DNA from: Thalia democratica
Taxonomy: Eukaryota
NCBI GenBank assembly: GCA_965202585.1
Contig: OZ241829.1
Coordinates: forward strand, 73,656,001-73,720,000
Reading direction: 5' to 3'
DNA length: 64,000 nt
A program made the position numbers and the translations under genes. Shown here in pieces: positions 21,910 to 36,150 of the stretch (positions are counted from its first letter, which is position 1; each line of letters starts with the position of its first letter). The notes under the pieces are model-generated. The model saw only the letters and a program-made list of their open reading frames with translations, did not search any database and was not told the DNA's origin.

Positions 21910-24479
21910 CTGTTAAAAAAATATTGAGTATTTATTAAAATTAAGTTTTAATCATATTATTGATGAGTTTTGCGTATTTTGCTTTATAAAGATTTTAGCA
22001 TTGCCGTTTAAACCTACACTTAAAATTATGTTTATTTATGTTTATGAGTTGACTATCCAAGCTACTTTTCAGGTTTTTTATACAAAAAACTAAAAATAAC
22101 ATAATACTATTGTATTATTTTACATAAAAACAAATTATACAGTAATCTTCCTTTATTCTACCAACATATGTTTCTGTGTGTCAACGAATCAACACACTTC
22201 AACTGGGTTCTGTAAAAAATAATTACTGTAATGAGAGAATAGAAGCATAGAATAAAGTAGGTGTATATATGTTTTCATTAAAAAAAGATATATTCTACAG
22301 ATAATAGTTATTAATAGGTGAAATACTTAACATTAAATCCGACTATTAAAAAACTATTTGATATTTGTAATTATTAAGTCTAAAATAAATAAGTAAGCTA
22401 AATTACACAACAAAATATAATATAAACAAACAACTTACGTTAATAGGAAAGTTAACTAAATCAAAATTTACCGTTGTTAACTAACGAAAAAAATACATTC
22501 GTTACAACTAATAATTACGTCACAATGTAAATGAGGCCACCTAAACTATTCAATTTGTACTGCAAGAACATTAATTTTGTTTTTATGTAATCTATTTTGA
22601 ACAAAAATAAAACATTAACCATCAGTTAATAAATCAATAAAATTTAATAAAACTTAACGACGCTGAAGGCAATAAAAGTCACAGAAACTCGGTGTAACAT
22701 GTATATTATATATTGAATGTTAGTAATGATTGAATCAAAGTTATTTAGAATTAGGAAGCAGATTTAATTCAAATGTAAATATCAAAGAGTGAAAAAATGA
22801 GAAAATTAAACTTTAAGGAAAAAATTAAACTTTAAGGAAAAACAAAACACAAAAAAAATAATTATTACTAGGCTTACAATGTACTGACCGATATTTAATT
22901 TACAGCGACATACATAAAATCATAGTGACCTGTATTATTTTACTAAATATTTAGTTTTCTTTATTTAAAAAAGTTGGCACAAGAATGGAGTGATAACTTA
23001 AGGGCTACTAAACGATCAACTTTTAGTAATATTTGTTGATTTAAGAGTCTCATTCAGAGAAGTAAGCTTAGTAAGAGTGTAAGCTGTTGTTGGTTTTACT
23101 TTTAAACCATTAACTCTTATCATTAGCAACTAAAACTTTTAGACTTAAGTGTTTTTGTAATTGAAAACTGGAATCTAAACAACTTAATGAATTTTACTTC
23201 AAGCTGAAGTATTTTGACTTCACAAAAAACTTTCAGATTCTAAAATTGTTAATCAATTAAACCATGTTAGTATAAAGATAATGGCTATCGAGTTGCTATA
23301 TAAAAATTTAAGTACTTTTGTTTGAAGTTAAACTAAATACACTGAAGTATTTAGTTTGCTTTTTGATTTTTTCGAAAATGAAAATCAGAACGGTAAATAC
23401 AACTGTAGATGAACGTGTTAAATAATAACAATTGAAAAATGTAAAAGTAAAAAAAGTAGTAATTGTATAAAAAAATATAAGCATTATTTATCTTGGCTTA
23501 TATGTAGCATCATACGCTTTTTTGATTTAAAAATCAATAGTCGAATCAGTAAGTTTTCAGGCGTGTTTGCTCGTCTGACTTCAAGTGTTTGGGACAAAGA
23601 GAATTAAGGTTTCGCATTTAGCTTAAGGATTTTTGTGTTTATGTATGCAGTAATTTGCTACACTAAAACGTAGATCTTGTCGAAAGTATAAAATAAAAAC
23701 TTCAAGCCTACGACCTAAGATGCCTCTGACGTAACGTTAGACTTGAAAGCAAATAAAATTAAAATGTATATAATTAAAATAAACCTACGAGAAAAATGTT
23801 TAGATGTACTAGTCTTACATTCAGCGCTGGCTCGGTCATGTTATATAGATGGGTGGTGAGGAATCCCAACGTCTCAATGTACAGAGTTGATCTGTGGCAA
23901 ACGTAACCGCGATCGTTCGGTTTAAGGACGGAAGAAAACTCAAAGATCTTAAATATCAGCACTGATGAGTGAGATGAGGCAATGAACGCTACAAATAAGG
24001 ATTTAATTAAAAAAAAAAGTTGAAAGAAAGAGAAAGCAACTAAGTAAGGAAGTGATGCGGAATAATAAATTAACTTTCATACATATTTAATTAACTTTCA
24101 TCAATGAATTTTCACAAGAATAGAAGATTTTTTAAATGAGAAATAATATACTTTCACATTTAAATATTCGAAGAATTTAGACTTATTTCAATTAACACTA
24201 AACTAAAGAAATGAAAAACCTTAAAGAAAAATTTTTGTATATAAGCTTTTAAGGTGTTTTTTAACAGTAGATGTAAACCTTAATTTTGATAAAAATTTAA
24301 GCATTTTTCGAGGCTTTTTTAAACTAAAAAAAAAGCAAACTTTGGCTACATTTAAGCTTAAATAACTTTTAGTATACTTTAAGCAGAACAGAAACAAACC
24401 CAGTTTTAAAAAGACGAAACCCCGCTCTAAACAACTAAATAAAAATTTTGCTTTAACTGTTCAGTCGCGAAAATAGTCA

Positions 24480-24900
24480 ATGGCCACTTGCCAGCCCACT
24501 GTGCACGTAACAAACCAACGGGGCACAAAGTCAACATACGGTTGTTGCACTAAGACTGTCAACACAGATACCTTGTTTAAACTGACAGATGACGACATTA
24601 GCCATTATGACGTCACATCTTCAAACATAACTGTGAACACAGTGTAATAACAAGCTTTTTGTTTACGCTTAAGTGAACTACATGGTCACAAAATTTTTAT
24701 GACCTGAGCTATTGACATTCAAACACAAACATTAATTAAATAGAGTATAAAAAATATCTATGTCAAGAATATAAACGATATCAGACAAAATTACATAAAT
24801 AAATAAAAAACTAATGAAGTTAAAACTTGAATAAGTCTCTTAAAAATAAAGTCTGTGACGCGTAAAAGGGACTACATAGAGAGTACCTAGAACCGAGAAA
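24480..24900 (-). pseudogene. Double exon-3-like segment (VQQPYVDFVPRW...)
   Basis: GGGCACAAAGTCAACATACGGTTGTTGCAC is shared with ~43880. Confidence 0.45.
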
Positions 24901-26047
24901 TTTAAAAATATGTATACTTGAGTTTGTATTGAAATGCAAAAAATATTGAATACAAACTTGAGACAGGATTTATTCAAAAGTCTAAAATATAATTTAGTTA
25001 TGAAAACAGTTATAGGTTGCATCAGAAAATACTCAATTCAATTAATTAGTAGTTCAACTGAAATTAGCATTCGTACAAAAATAAAAGTAAAACAAACAAT
25101 AAATAAAATTAAATAAGCGACAAACTAGACAAAAACATTTTTTAATTTCATTTTGTTAAGCACTTAATAATTATCATCTAAGCGTTTCAGAATTGTTTTT
25201 TTTTTCTACAAACATTTAGACCTAATTTATACAAGCAACAGTGTGTTTATAAATACAATCTTTATAAAATGTTATAAGTCTTGTTTTTCGCTTATTCTAT
25301 GTTACTTATTGTTTTTTTTACTATTAGTTTTCTATGGAGGCTTATCTTAGTTGAATAACCAACTAAATTTTAGTTATGTAATTATATACAATTAGTTTAT
25401 CTCTAGTTAATTTTTCCTGATGCCTTAATTAATTAGTTGAGTATTTTCTGATAAAACATATAACTGCTTACTTACTCGAAGTTTATTTTTTAAATTAGTT
25501 GCTAAAAAAAGTAGTTTTAATGGTTTTCTGGAATGTATTTTACTTGTTTGCTTAATAAAAATGTTTTTAATAAAAATTGTCTTAAGTTTTTGTTTGGTAC
25601 CTGTAGTACTATAAAAATATTTGGCAAAAAAAAATAAAAGTACAATTTAAAGAAAATTGAAATTCAATTTAGATATTAATTTGATTATAATTAGTGAGAG
25701 CGTTTCTTTTTTAATTTGTAAAAAATAGTGTTTATGAAGTTAAGTTTAGAAAACACTGCCTTATTGAACAATGTTTTGCATCGACTGACAATCAGATGCA
25801 AATAGTAGTGCCCATAGTAGATTTTTGAAAAACTAAAGGGGGGACGATTGCTGTTTAAATTTCTTAGAAGTGATTGTTACGAAACTTGGCTTTGAAAGTC
25901 CTGATATAGATTAATGCTACACAAATGTACTTAACTTCATTTTTTAAGATCATTTAGGATAAAACATCTTAAGTAGTAATTCTCAGTGATCTTAATATAT
26001 GAGATATGTTAGCTTACGCAGCATGTTTTATGAATAAGAAAGCTTAC

Positions 26048-26140
26048 TTGGAGTGTTTGCAACTGCATCCTTCAACATTGATGTCAGCTTGAGAGATTGT
26101 TGATTCCTTCCACAAAAACAAGCTACAATCTTTTGTTAAA
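26048..26140 (-). pseudogene. Exon 2 copy (ATG lost; ...KLTSMLKDAVANTP)
   Basis: 93 nt, with cag acceptor and gtaagc donor. Confidence 0.6.
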
Positions 26141-26249
26141 CTGCTGAAAAATTAAAATTTAAATTGTTTATTTTAATATTGATGATAAATTTTTCTTTAG
26201 TTTAATAGTTACGAAGTATCTACTACTAATGTATAACTATTTCAGCTTA

Positions 26250-26490
26250 ATAAGTAAATTTAAAACTAGAGATTTTATTTTTATTGATATGCAAATACCT
26301 ACTGTATTATTTAATTCTACTAAAAATTTGTAAATATTTTAACTTAGTAAATGAATTTAAAACTAGATATTTTCTTTTAATTAATATGCAAATATTTACT
26401 GTATTAATTAATTCTAATACTAACGTGTAAATATTTTATCTTAATAAATAAATTTAAAACTAAAATTTTCTTTTAATTAATATGCTGTAC
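26250..26490. repeat. 97-bp repeat, ~3 units
   Basis: AAAACTAGA anchors at ~26263, ~26357 and ~26457. Confidence 0.8.
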
Positions 26491-27139
26491 ATTTCATTAA
26501 CACCACACGTCACCACTGCTTACAACATACAAATGTAAATAAAAAACTAGTTGCTTAAAACTTTGTTTGTTTTTGAAAAGAAACTTAATTTTACAATACG
26601 TAACACAAAAGAAATTCAATTTATAAAATTTAGATTTAATAGTCGTAGAATTTATTTTAACAGTATGTGTAAGTCTAACAAAGTAGAGATTATTTAAAAA
26701 ACTTTATATTGCTAAAAATAAAACTTAATACTTTCATTGTATTTTATATTTAACGATTAAATGGTAACAAAGTACTACTTTAGTTGTAGTTTGACTAAGC
26801 AGCTTCAGTAAAACATGTAACATTTTGAATAAAAAACGTATTTCTCAGTATTAATTTAGCTACCTAATATTAGTTGTAAAAACCAATGACATCATGTTTA
26901 AAAATATTAATAAAATAAAAAATATTAATGTCAAAGTTCTAACTACAATGACTATAATGCAAAACATTTCCGTGTCGCATCGCTAGATTTTTATAAAATT
27001 GTTATTTTCAATTGTTGTAGTTAAACAAACAAAGCAGATAAAACATTGAGAAACTTGTCTGACGATACTAAAACATTTATCCCGTTATTTTTCTACAGTT
27101 TTTCAGTAATTTAAAAAATCTCAAGAAATATTTATATTA

Positions 27140-27535
27140 AAAAACCGAGCCTAAAAAAAGGTGGCGACAAAACTTGAGCGCAAGAAGTTTGCAATTTTTT
27201 AACTTGAAACTGCAGCTTCACAAAACTTAAGTGACGTCATAAAACTTTAGCTGAAAAAAAAAACTAATTGTTACGTCACAAGCGGCTTTTACCTCAACAA
27301 ACGAAGCGTTGTAGCATTTAAGAAAGCACGTTGGGCCGCGCTAGGCAGGCCTTAAAATATTTCACTTAGAAGAAGACAACTTGAGCTAAATCTACGTGCT
27401 GCCACTTTGAACATTACTCATACTGTGAAGGCGTTCAATCGCTGATGACGTCACTAAAAAGTCAATTTCATATATGACGCAAGAAAAAAATGTGAGAGAG
27501 TTTTTTACGCTGCCTCGGTCTACCTGCTGTTTGGC
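27140..27535. promoter_or_regulatory. P block copy
   Basis: Homologous to 361-760. Confidence 0.45.
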
Positions 27536-27887
27536 AATTTTAATTTTTTATATGATTAAAAGATAATAATAAACATAGCAATTAAGATGAAAATGAATAT
27601 GTAGTCAAGATAAAATAAATAAAACTATTAATGGTACTAAATTTGAATCCGTACGCAGGCTAATATAAAAAATACAAAAATTAAGTTTAAGTATAATTTT
27701 TGGCTAATAAAAATATTTATCAAAAGCAATTTTAAGTATGTATTTTGGCTAATAAAAACAAATATAACTATAATCGTTAAACTTGAATAACAGAAGTGTG
27801 AGATAGATTTATGTGACGCAGATAGCAAAACGAGTGAAATTATATAAATTTAATCCTCAATGGATCAACCATACTACAATATATTAC

Positions 27888-28040
27888 ACTGGACGAGCCG
27901 ACGACGGTAACTATTACGTTGTCGGTGTGTAGGAATCAAAAAATATATATATAATCGGATTACCATCCTCCTCACAGCGAGGAATACCTTCCCTTCCCCG
28001 ATGGCTGTCATAAATGGGTGTCAGAAAAGCATGAGTCGTC
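27888..28040 (-). pseudogene. Exon A + 53-nt intron + 23-nt microexon, copy 3
   Basis: Donors gtaatc at 27963 and gtaata at 27887; acceptor at 27911. Confidence 0.55.
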
Positions 28041-28265
28041 ACAGAGTGACACTTTAGCACGTAGTGACACTTTGGCACGGAGTGACACTTTAGCGCGGAG
28101 TGACACTTTGGCACGGATAGACCTTTTACCAAGGGTCGTCATTTAAGAACGAAGCAACACTAAATCACGGAGTGACACTTTAACACGGAGTGGCATTCTG
28201 GCATGGTGTGAAACTTTGGCTCAAATTAACATTTTAGCTCGGTGTCACTCCATTCTAACACTTTT
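28040..28265. repeat. 18-bp minisatellite copy
   Basis: GAGTGACACTTT units. Confidence 0.9.
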
Positions 28266-29479
28266 ATCGTTTAAAAAACGATTATGTTTGAATTGACAAA
28301 AACATACCGAATGCTTATATAAAAAAAAAAATTTTTTTAGTATCTCAAAACAAAAGAAAGTGAATATTAAAATAATATTTTGTGTAAAGGTGTCACAAAT
28401 TTAAACTAAGGAATCGAAGTACATATATAAACAATATTTCAAACAATTTTACTTAGAAACTTTTAAAGCACATTAGGGACAACGATAAGGTATGCTTTTG
28501 AATCGAAACCTAAATTACAAAATTATTAGTTGTGTTACACCTAAATTGAGCCATATAAACATCATATTTATGTTAAAGTAAATTCAAATACTATTTTAAT
28601 AATACTTAGTTACTACAATAATAATACTACAATAAATGTGTTTTTTCTGTAGCGTAATTTATTGATGTACCACCTATTGTATGTAAACTAAGTATATGAA
28701 GAAAGTGGTGTAAGTAGAAACTACTACTATAAATCTGAAACAATGTTTAACAAAAATTAACTTATGAGTGTAAAATAAATTTTAATGAAATAACTTACGT
28801 ACAATGAAAATATATTAACTAACCAGAGGGTTCATGCTAATGTTCCATTTTCATAGTTTCTGATTAGAAAAGACGTAGTTGATTTTTTTTGTTGACCCGT
28901 CTCTTGACTGTTGAAGTAAAGTTTGTTGAATAATTGTTAATTTATATAAGCTTTTTTATTGACATTTTAGAACTTATAGTACTACATTATGAATGTGGAT
29001 CGTAAGCTGGTTGTTTGCTTCAACGGTTAAAAGTAGAAGTTAACAAACAAAATTATTTTTTCAGACTTTTTGTTAATAGTAGTAGTACTGTACAGATAAC
29101 TTAAAATATTCCATTTTTAATAACAGAAACTTTATTTTAAATTTTGAACAGAAAAAGTTTGGAAAGTTTATTTATTGATATCAGCTAGCACAACGACAAA
29201 GTAAAGTTGCTAAATATTAAAACAAAATATCACATAAATTCTATTTCTGTATAATGATTTATGAATGCTTAATTAAAAATAATTAAGTCATTAAGAGTCA
29301 AGTGTAAAAGTTTGTATAAATGTTTAAATAAGAAATAAATAAATAAATTAATAAGGTAAAAAGTGATTGTAGCGTCAAATTAAAACCTTTCAACTGACTT
29401 GCAAGTGTTTATGACATCACGACAGAACTTTCAATCAGAGTTGGGAGTGTTAGTGACTTCATATCAGAACCTTTAAACA

Positions 29480-29875
29480 GGGGAACGGGTAAAATATACA
29501 CCAAGACAAAACTGCACCGGAATACTAAATTTCACGAGGGCACAAGATTGCATGGAAATACTTTTGCACGAAGACAAGCTTGCACGAGGGGACAAAATTG
29601 CACGAGGACAATTTTGCAGGAGGGTCATTTTGCGAGAGAGTAAAATAGAAAACACAAAAATAAAACTGAAAAATAAAAAAATAAATAAACAAAACAAGTA
29701 GAAAAGGTTATGGGTAACAGTTTAAGTAAAAAAAATGAAATTAACAAAATACTTAAAAATAAAAATTCAACCCGTGCAAACTTTTTTTGTGCAAAAGTAT
29801 ATCGTGTATTTTTTTGCCCTAGTACAATTTTGTTCCCTCGTGCAGATACCATTCAAACCATTGACAGATACCACT
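29480..29875. mobile_element. Foldback MITE copy
   Basis: Near identical to 2600-2995. Confidence 0.65.
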
Positions 29876-30019
29876 CAAACAGACTTGGGAGTAATTTTAT
29901 CGTCACATTAGAACCTTCAAACAAGAGCTGTGAGCAATTGTGACGTCACCTTAGAACCTTCAAATAGACTTGTGAGTGATTATGACGTTACACAAGAATT
30001 TTTAATCAGGCTTTTGAGT

Positions 30020-30288
30020 AATTTAACTCGAAAAAATTGGTACGACATGAAGTATTGACATTAAAAATAAACAATGAATATGAATATTGAACATAGTAAA
30101 TATAAACAGAACTAACATGAATACAAAAAACATGCATGGTATCAAAACATAAATAAGCGAGCTAATGGAAAAAACAATTCCTGCCAGAACCGCAACCCAC
30201 TATGGAATCCCTGCAACCTACCAAGGAGAAACAAAGTCAGCATTATCTTGTTGCAAAATAGGTTACATAAGATCAAAAACAAAGCTTT
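30020..30288 (-). pseudogene. Exon-3 copy (near identical to 3197-3414 but terminal TGA deleted in frame)
   Basis: CAT TGT here versus CAT TGA TGT in the 3.2 kb copy. Confidence 0.5.
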
Positions 30289-31485
30289 CTAAAGAGTTCT
30301 CGATTAAATGATTACAAAGGAGAAAAAAATTGTACATTTACATACATAACAACAGTGGACAACTAAAAGTCATAATCACTCGCAAGTATGTTTAAAGGTT
30401 CTGGTTCTGTTGAAAGAATCTCTACGTGTCTATGTAGATTATACTAGGCTAGACTCTTTTAAATAATTTCCGCAAAGATCGATTTATTATTGGCTATCGT
30501 TCCAATAAGAACTAGTTTTCATTCACAAATCAAGTTTAACCATTTCAAACAATAACATATAGTACAATGCAGTACTTTTAAAGTTTTTGTAAGTAATAAC
30601 AGAAGGGAGTGGAACAACGGAAATTAGAAAAGAAGCAAAACAATTAACAAATAGAAAAATTTAAAGAAACTTTTTTTAGTGCTGCTCAAATTTCACATAC
30701 TAGCAATACACGTGTATCGTTTTGCATTTACTGATTTGAATATTTGGGTTAGTTTATTTCAGAGTGTTTGTAATAACTAGTTGTTTGAATAACGCTTATA
30801 TAAAGTATGTATTTTGTATGCTTATTATTTATCTACCAAACTCAAATTGTTTTACACTAAGCTATGATAAAGTATCAAAAACATTAAATCAACAAGATTA
30901 GAAAAATAATTTAACTATATCTTTTTATAATAATTTTATAAAGTAAACGAATAAAACAATATGAACATAGTAAACGGGGATGATTTTAATATATATATAT
31001 GTATATATTAAGATAACTACGGTAGTCCGTTTTTTTTTCATTTTGGGAAGTGTATCGTAGCAAGTATGTGAAAAATAAGCTGCAAAAAAGGGGCGAACAG
31101 GGTCAAGCATAGTTTGGCAAGCTGGCAAAACATGCTTTGTGGAAAAGTGTTTTCCATTTGTGTTAACAATGATGTGACGCAGTGCTTGTTAGTATGCAGA
31201 AATTTACATTTTTATTTATAGATTATACTGAACGGTAGTCTTTTTAAAAGATCGGAGAAGATTGCGATTGCTTTCGAAGTTTGATAAATCCCGATGGATA
31301 TCATACTTAAACAAACTATCTTAATTTTATTTTTATAAATTAAGGAAAAAACATCAAAACGTACTTATTTAAGTACTTAGTGAAGTAGTTCTTAACGGTA
31401 CTTATTTGATCAAAGACAAAGCCTTGCAACTAAAAAATTAATTGTGATAACTTGAATAACATTAATTATAGATATGAAAACTTAC

Positions 31486-31563
31486 TTGGAGTGTTTGCTT
31501 TGTTCCACCAACTGATTCCTAAGATTGACGCCAGCTTAAGGAATTTTTGCTTTCTCCCTGCAA
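31486..31563 (-). pseudogene. Exon 2 copy (78 nt; AGRKQKFLKLASILGISWWNKANTP)
   Basis: Canonical splice sites. Confidence 0.65.
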
Positions 31564-31914
31564 CTGTGGAAAAAATAACATGTTTTAATATTTAGCTTCA
31601 AGTAAGTGCTAGCTTTATACTTCATTTGAGGATTACAAAGTTTTGACAGCTAATCTATAAGTGTCTTACTTTAATAGATAAAGTTTATTGTATTATCTAA
31701 GAAAGGACTTACTTATTTAATAAACTATTATAGCTTTGGCTTTAAAAAGTTGTAAAAATTATATAAGGTTAGATTTTTAGTCGTTAGGAGTTTCGTTGAA
31801 AACATAAAAAATTTAGTTAACAAATAAAAATTTCTCAAAGTAATTTTATATACCTTAAAGCTGCTTTGAATTTCTGTTATTAAAAGGTGCAAAAAACATC
31901 AAAAATAATAATTA

Positions 31915-32140
31915 TGAGTAGGCCGAGCGTAAAAAAGATGGCAGCGACGTTTTAGCGAGTTAATTTTTAACTTAAAACCGCTGCAACATGAGCTTAAAGT
32001 TTAATGACGTCACAAAACTTCAGCTCGAAGAAAAAGGTGTTTGTTACGTCACAATTGACTTTTGCTTCCGAGCAGCCGAAGCGGTGAAGCATCAGAGTTC
32101 ACATTTGAAACAGCACGCTGAGCCGCGCTTGGCTATCTTC
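31915..32140. promoter_or_regulatory. Shortened P block copy
   Basis: Near identical to 5060-5290. Confidence 0.4.
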
Positions 32141-32806
32141 AAATTAGATATTTAGCAGAATTCTTTCTAAAACCAAAGCAGGTAGCACTTTTTATTTTAA
32201 TTACATTTTGAAAATTGCAGCAACGCGTCTTTTTAAGCGTAATTTTTTATAGAACTCTAAATTTTAAGTGTAATGTTAGTTTTTGTAAGTTTTTTGTACA
32301 TTTTTTATTATAAAAATGGTTATAAAAACATATAATTTTTAGTTAAGTACAACAAAATTTTAATAAACTTTTAAATTTTTTTAACAAATTTATTTTGTCA
32401 GCTAAACTTCCACTTAGAAAAGCAATTTAAATAACGATTTTGTAAATGGTATCTTATTGTGCTACGTTTTTTATGCTATTACTTATTAAGCTTTTTAGTT
32501 TTAGTTTCAGTAAAAGAATATATTTAATAAGTTGCCATATTAATATTTAAAGTTTGATGTAAAAATAAGATTAAACGGTAGTCTTTTCTAAAGCTTAGAG
32601 AAAAGAGCGATTGTTTTTAAAGTTTGAGAAATCCCGATGGATATCATAGTTAAACAAATTATCTTGATTTTATTTTTATAAACTACCGAGAAAACATCAC
32701 AAGTAGTAGTTCTTAACTGTACTTATTTGACCGAAGACAAAATCTTGCAACAAAAAATTTTAATTGTGATAATTGAATTACATTGACTATAGATATGAAA
32801 ACTTAC

Positions 32807-32873
32807 TTGGAGTCTTTGCTTTGTCCCACCAACTGATTCCCAAGATTGAAGAACTTTTGCTTTCTCCCTGCAA
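32807..32873 (-). pseudogene. Exon 2 copy (67 nt)
   Basis: Copy of 5951-6017. Confidence 0.6.
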
Positions 32874-32939
32874 CTGTGGAAAAATTAACAGTTTAATTCA
32901 TTTAGTTTTAAATAAGTTTTAGCCTTATATTTAGTTACA

Positions 32940-33415
32940 GATAATTTAACTGATCCATCTTTGTCAAAAGCAGATTTGTATTTTATTAGTTGATTCTTTT
33001 AGTTTAAAGAACAACGTAGATGAAGATAAAAGTAAACTGGAGTTTGTTTATACACTATTAACTCGAAACAAACTAAAATGGAAAATAAAGTCAACCTTTT
33101 TCGGGATTCAGCAGAGTTTCGAAGGTATAAAAAGACGCAAATGACTAAACACGAGATAAGAAGCGAGATGAGTGAAAAAGACATAAAGAAGCATTCGAAG
33201 CAGGACTCCCGAAGGAGCAGCCTAAAAATCCGGTTGATCATATTGAAACACCAAAAATATTGCTAAACAATCTTCATTTATACCCCGATTGTCAACCGTG
33301 ACACATGTTTAATGAATATATAATTAAGTGGTAACAATCAAAAACTCCCGTTTCTTCACAGTGTGTTAAAGTTAGGCGTAAAGTAATGAAAACTGTCTGA
33401 CCAATTAAGACTGTC
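32940..33415 (+). other. Element R copy 2 with 62-aa ORF (33078-33266)
   Basis: In-frame 9-nt deletion relative to copy 1. Confidence 0.6.
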
Positions 33416-33945
33416 AAGCTTATTTTTCAAAATTAGTTGCTAAAAAAGTAGTTTTAATGGTTTGCTGAAATTTATTTTACTCGTTTGCTCAATAAGTTTG
33501 TTTTGAGTAAATGTAGTCTAAGTTTTTGTTTTATAACTGTAGTACTATAAAAATATTTGGCAAAAAAAAAAGTATAATTTATATGAAATTTGAAACTTAA
33601 TTTAGATAAAAATTTGATTATAATTAGTAAGAGCGGTCTTTTTTATGCCCTATGGAACAGTGTTTTGCATCGACTGACAATTAGATGCGAAAAGTAGTGC
33701 GCATAGTAGCTTTTTGAAAAACTAAAGGGGGGACGATTGCTGTTTAGGTTTCTTAAAAGTGGTTGTTACGAAATTTGGCCTTGGAAGTCCTGATAAAGAT
33801 CAAAGCTACAAGCTACATAAATGTACTAAACTTCATTTGTTTAAAATCATTTAGGATAAAACATCTTAAGTAGTAATTTTCAGTGAGCATAATTAATGAG
33901 ATATGTTTGCTTACGCAGCATGTTATATAAATAAAGAAAGTTTAC

Positions 33946-34040
33946 TTGGAGTGTTACTATAACTGCATCCTTCAACATTGATGTCAGCTTGAAAAATTGT
34001 TGATTCCTTCCACGAAAACAAGCTGCCATCTTCTGTTAAA
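33946..34040 (-). pseudogene. Exon 2 copy with ATG
   Basis: Copy of 8086-8180. Confidence 0.6.
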
Positions 34041-34129
34041 CTGTTGAAAAGTTAACATTTGAAATACCTGTTTTAATACAGTTATTAGCTTTTTCATTCG
34101 TTTAAAAATAACGAAACTTCTACCACTAA

Positions 34130-34580
34130 TGTGTAACTACTTTAGCTTAATACATAAATTTAAAACCAGAGATTTTCTTTTAATTAGTATTTAAATACCT
34201 ACTGTATTAATTAATTCTACTACTAACGTGTAAATATTTTATCTTAATAAATAAATTAAAAACTAGAGATTTTCTTTTAATTAATATGAAAATACCTACT
34301 GTATTAATTAATTCTACCACTAATGCGTAAATATTTTATTTTAATAAACAAATTAAAAACTAGAGATTTTCTGTTAATTAGTATGCAAATACCTACTGTG
34401 TAAATTAATTCTACTACTAATGTGTAAATATTTTAACTTAATAAATTTATTTAAAAATAGATTTTTTCTTTTATTTAATATGCAAATACCTACTGTATTA
34501 ATTAATTCTACTATTAATGTGTAAATATTTTATCTTTATAAATTAATTTAAAATTAGAGATTATTTTTTAATTAATATGC
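34130..34580. repeat. 97-bp tandem repeat, ~5 units
   Basis: Copy of 8270-8720. Confidence 0.9.
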
Positions 34581-35244
34581 TGTACAATCCAATTACAACA
34601 CACGTCACCACTGCTTACGACATATAAATATAAATTAAAAACATCTTGCTTAAAACCTTCAGTTGTTTTTTAAAAGTATTTTGGTTTAACAACACGTAAC
34701 ACAAAAGATTTATTTTTAATTTTTAAATAATAATCGTAGAATTCATTTATTAAACAGTATGTGTAAGTCTAACAAAGTAGAGATAACTTAAAAAATTCAA
34801 TATTGCTTAAAACAAAACTTAATACTTTCATTGTGTTCTATATTTAACGATTAAATGGTAATTAAGTACTACTTTAGTTATAGTTTGACTAAGCAGCTTC
34901 AGTAAAACATGTAATAATTTGAATAAAAAACGTATTTCTCAGTATTAATTTAGCTACTTTACAATATTTGTAAAAACATCATGTTTAAAAGTATAAATGA
35001 AATATTAACTATTAATGTCAAAATTCTAATTACAATGACTATATTGCAAAATATTTCCGTGTTGCATTAATAGATTGTTATAGAAATATTATTTTCAATT
35101 GTTGTAGTCATACATAACATTTAAAAAACTATTGATAAAACATTGAGAAACTTGTCTGACGATACTAAAACATTTATCCCGTTATTTTTCTACAGTTTTT
35201 GCGTTATAAGTAAACTAAAAAATCTGAAGAATTACTTATGTTAA

Positions 35245-35635
35245 AAACCGAGCGGAAAAAAAGATGACGACAATACTTGAGCGCAGGAAGTTTGCGGTTT
35301 TTTAAATTAAAACTGCTGCTTCACAAAACTTAAGTGACGTCACAAAACTTCAGCTGAAAAAAAAACTGCTTGTTATGTCACAAGCGGCTTTTACCTCAAG
35401 AACCGAAGCGTTTTAGTTTCACAGAAAGCATGTTGGGCCGCGCTCGGCAGGCCTTAAAATATTTGGAATTTGATAAACCAGCAATGAAATAATTGTGTGT
35501 GTTGACACTTTGAATGTTACTCATACTTTGAAGGCGTTCAATCGTTGGTGACGTCACTAAAAAGTCGATTCGATATATGACGCAAAGAAAAATGTGAGAG
35601 AGTTTTTTACGCTGCCTCAGTCTACCTGCTGTTTG
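35245..35635. promoter_or_regulatory. P block copy
   Basis: Homologous to 9380-9775. Confidence 0.45.
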
Positions 35636-35995
35636 GAAATTTTAATTTTTTATATGATTAAAAGATAATAATAAACATAGCAATTAAGATGAAGTTGTAT
35701 ATGTAGTCAAGATAAAATAAATAAAACTATTAATGATACTAAATTTAAATCCGTACGCAGGCTAGTATGAACAAGTACAAAAATTAAGTTTAAGTATGTT
35801 TTTAGGGCTGATAAAAATAACTATTAAAAGTAATTTTTAGCATGTATTTTGGCTAATAAAAACAAATATAACTATAATCGTTAAATTTGAGTAACAGAAG
35901 TGTGAGATAGATTTATTTGACGCAGATGGCAAAACGAGTGAAATTATGTAAATGTAATCGTCAATGGATCAACCATACCACAATATTAGACTTAC

Positions 35996-36150
35996 ACTGG
36001 ACGAGCCGACGACGGTCACTATAAAGTTTTCGGTGTATAGGAATCTAAAAAAAATATATGTAATTGGATTACCATCTTCCTCACAGCGAATAACACCTTC
36101 TCTTCCTCGATGGCTGTCATAAATGGGTGTCAGAAAAGCATGGGTCGTCA
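35996..36150 (-). pseudogene. Exon A + 54-nt intron + 23-nt microexon, copy 4
   Basis: Donors at 36072 and 35995 (gtaagt); acceptor at 36019. Confidence 0.55.
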
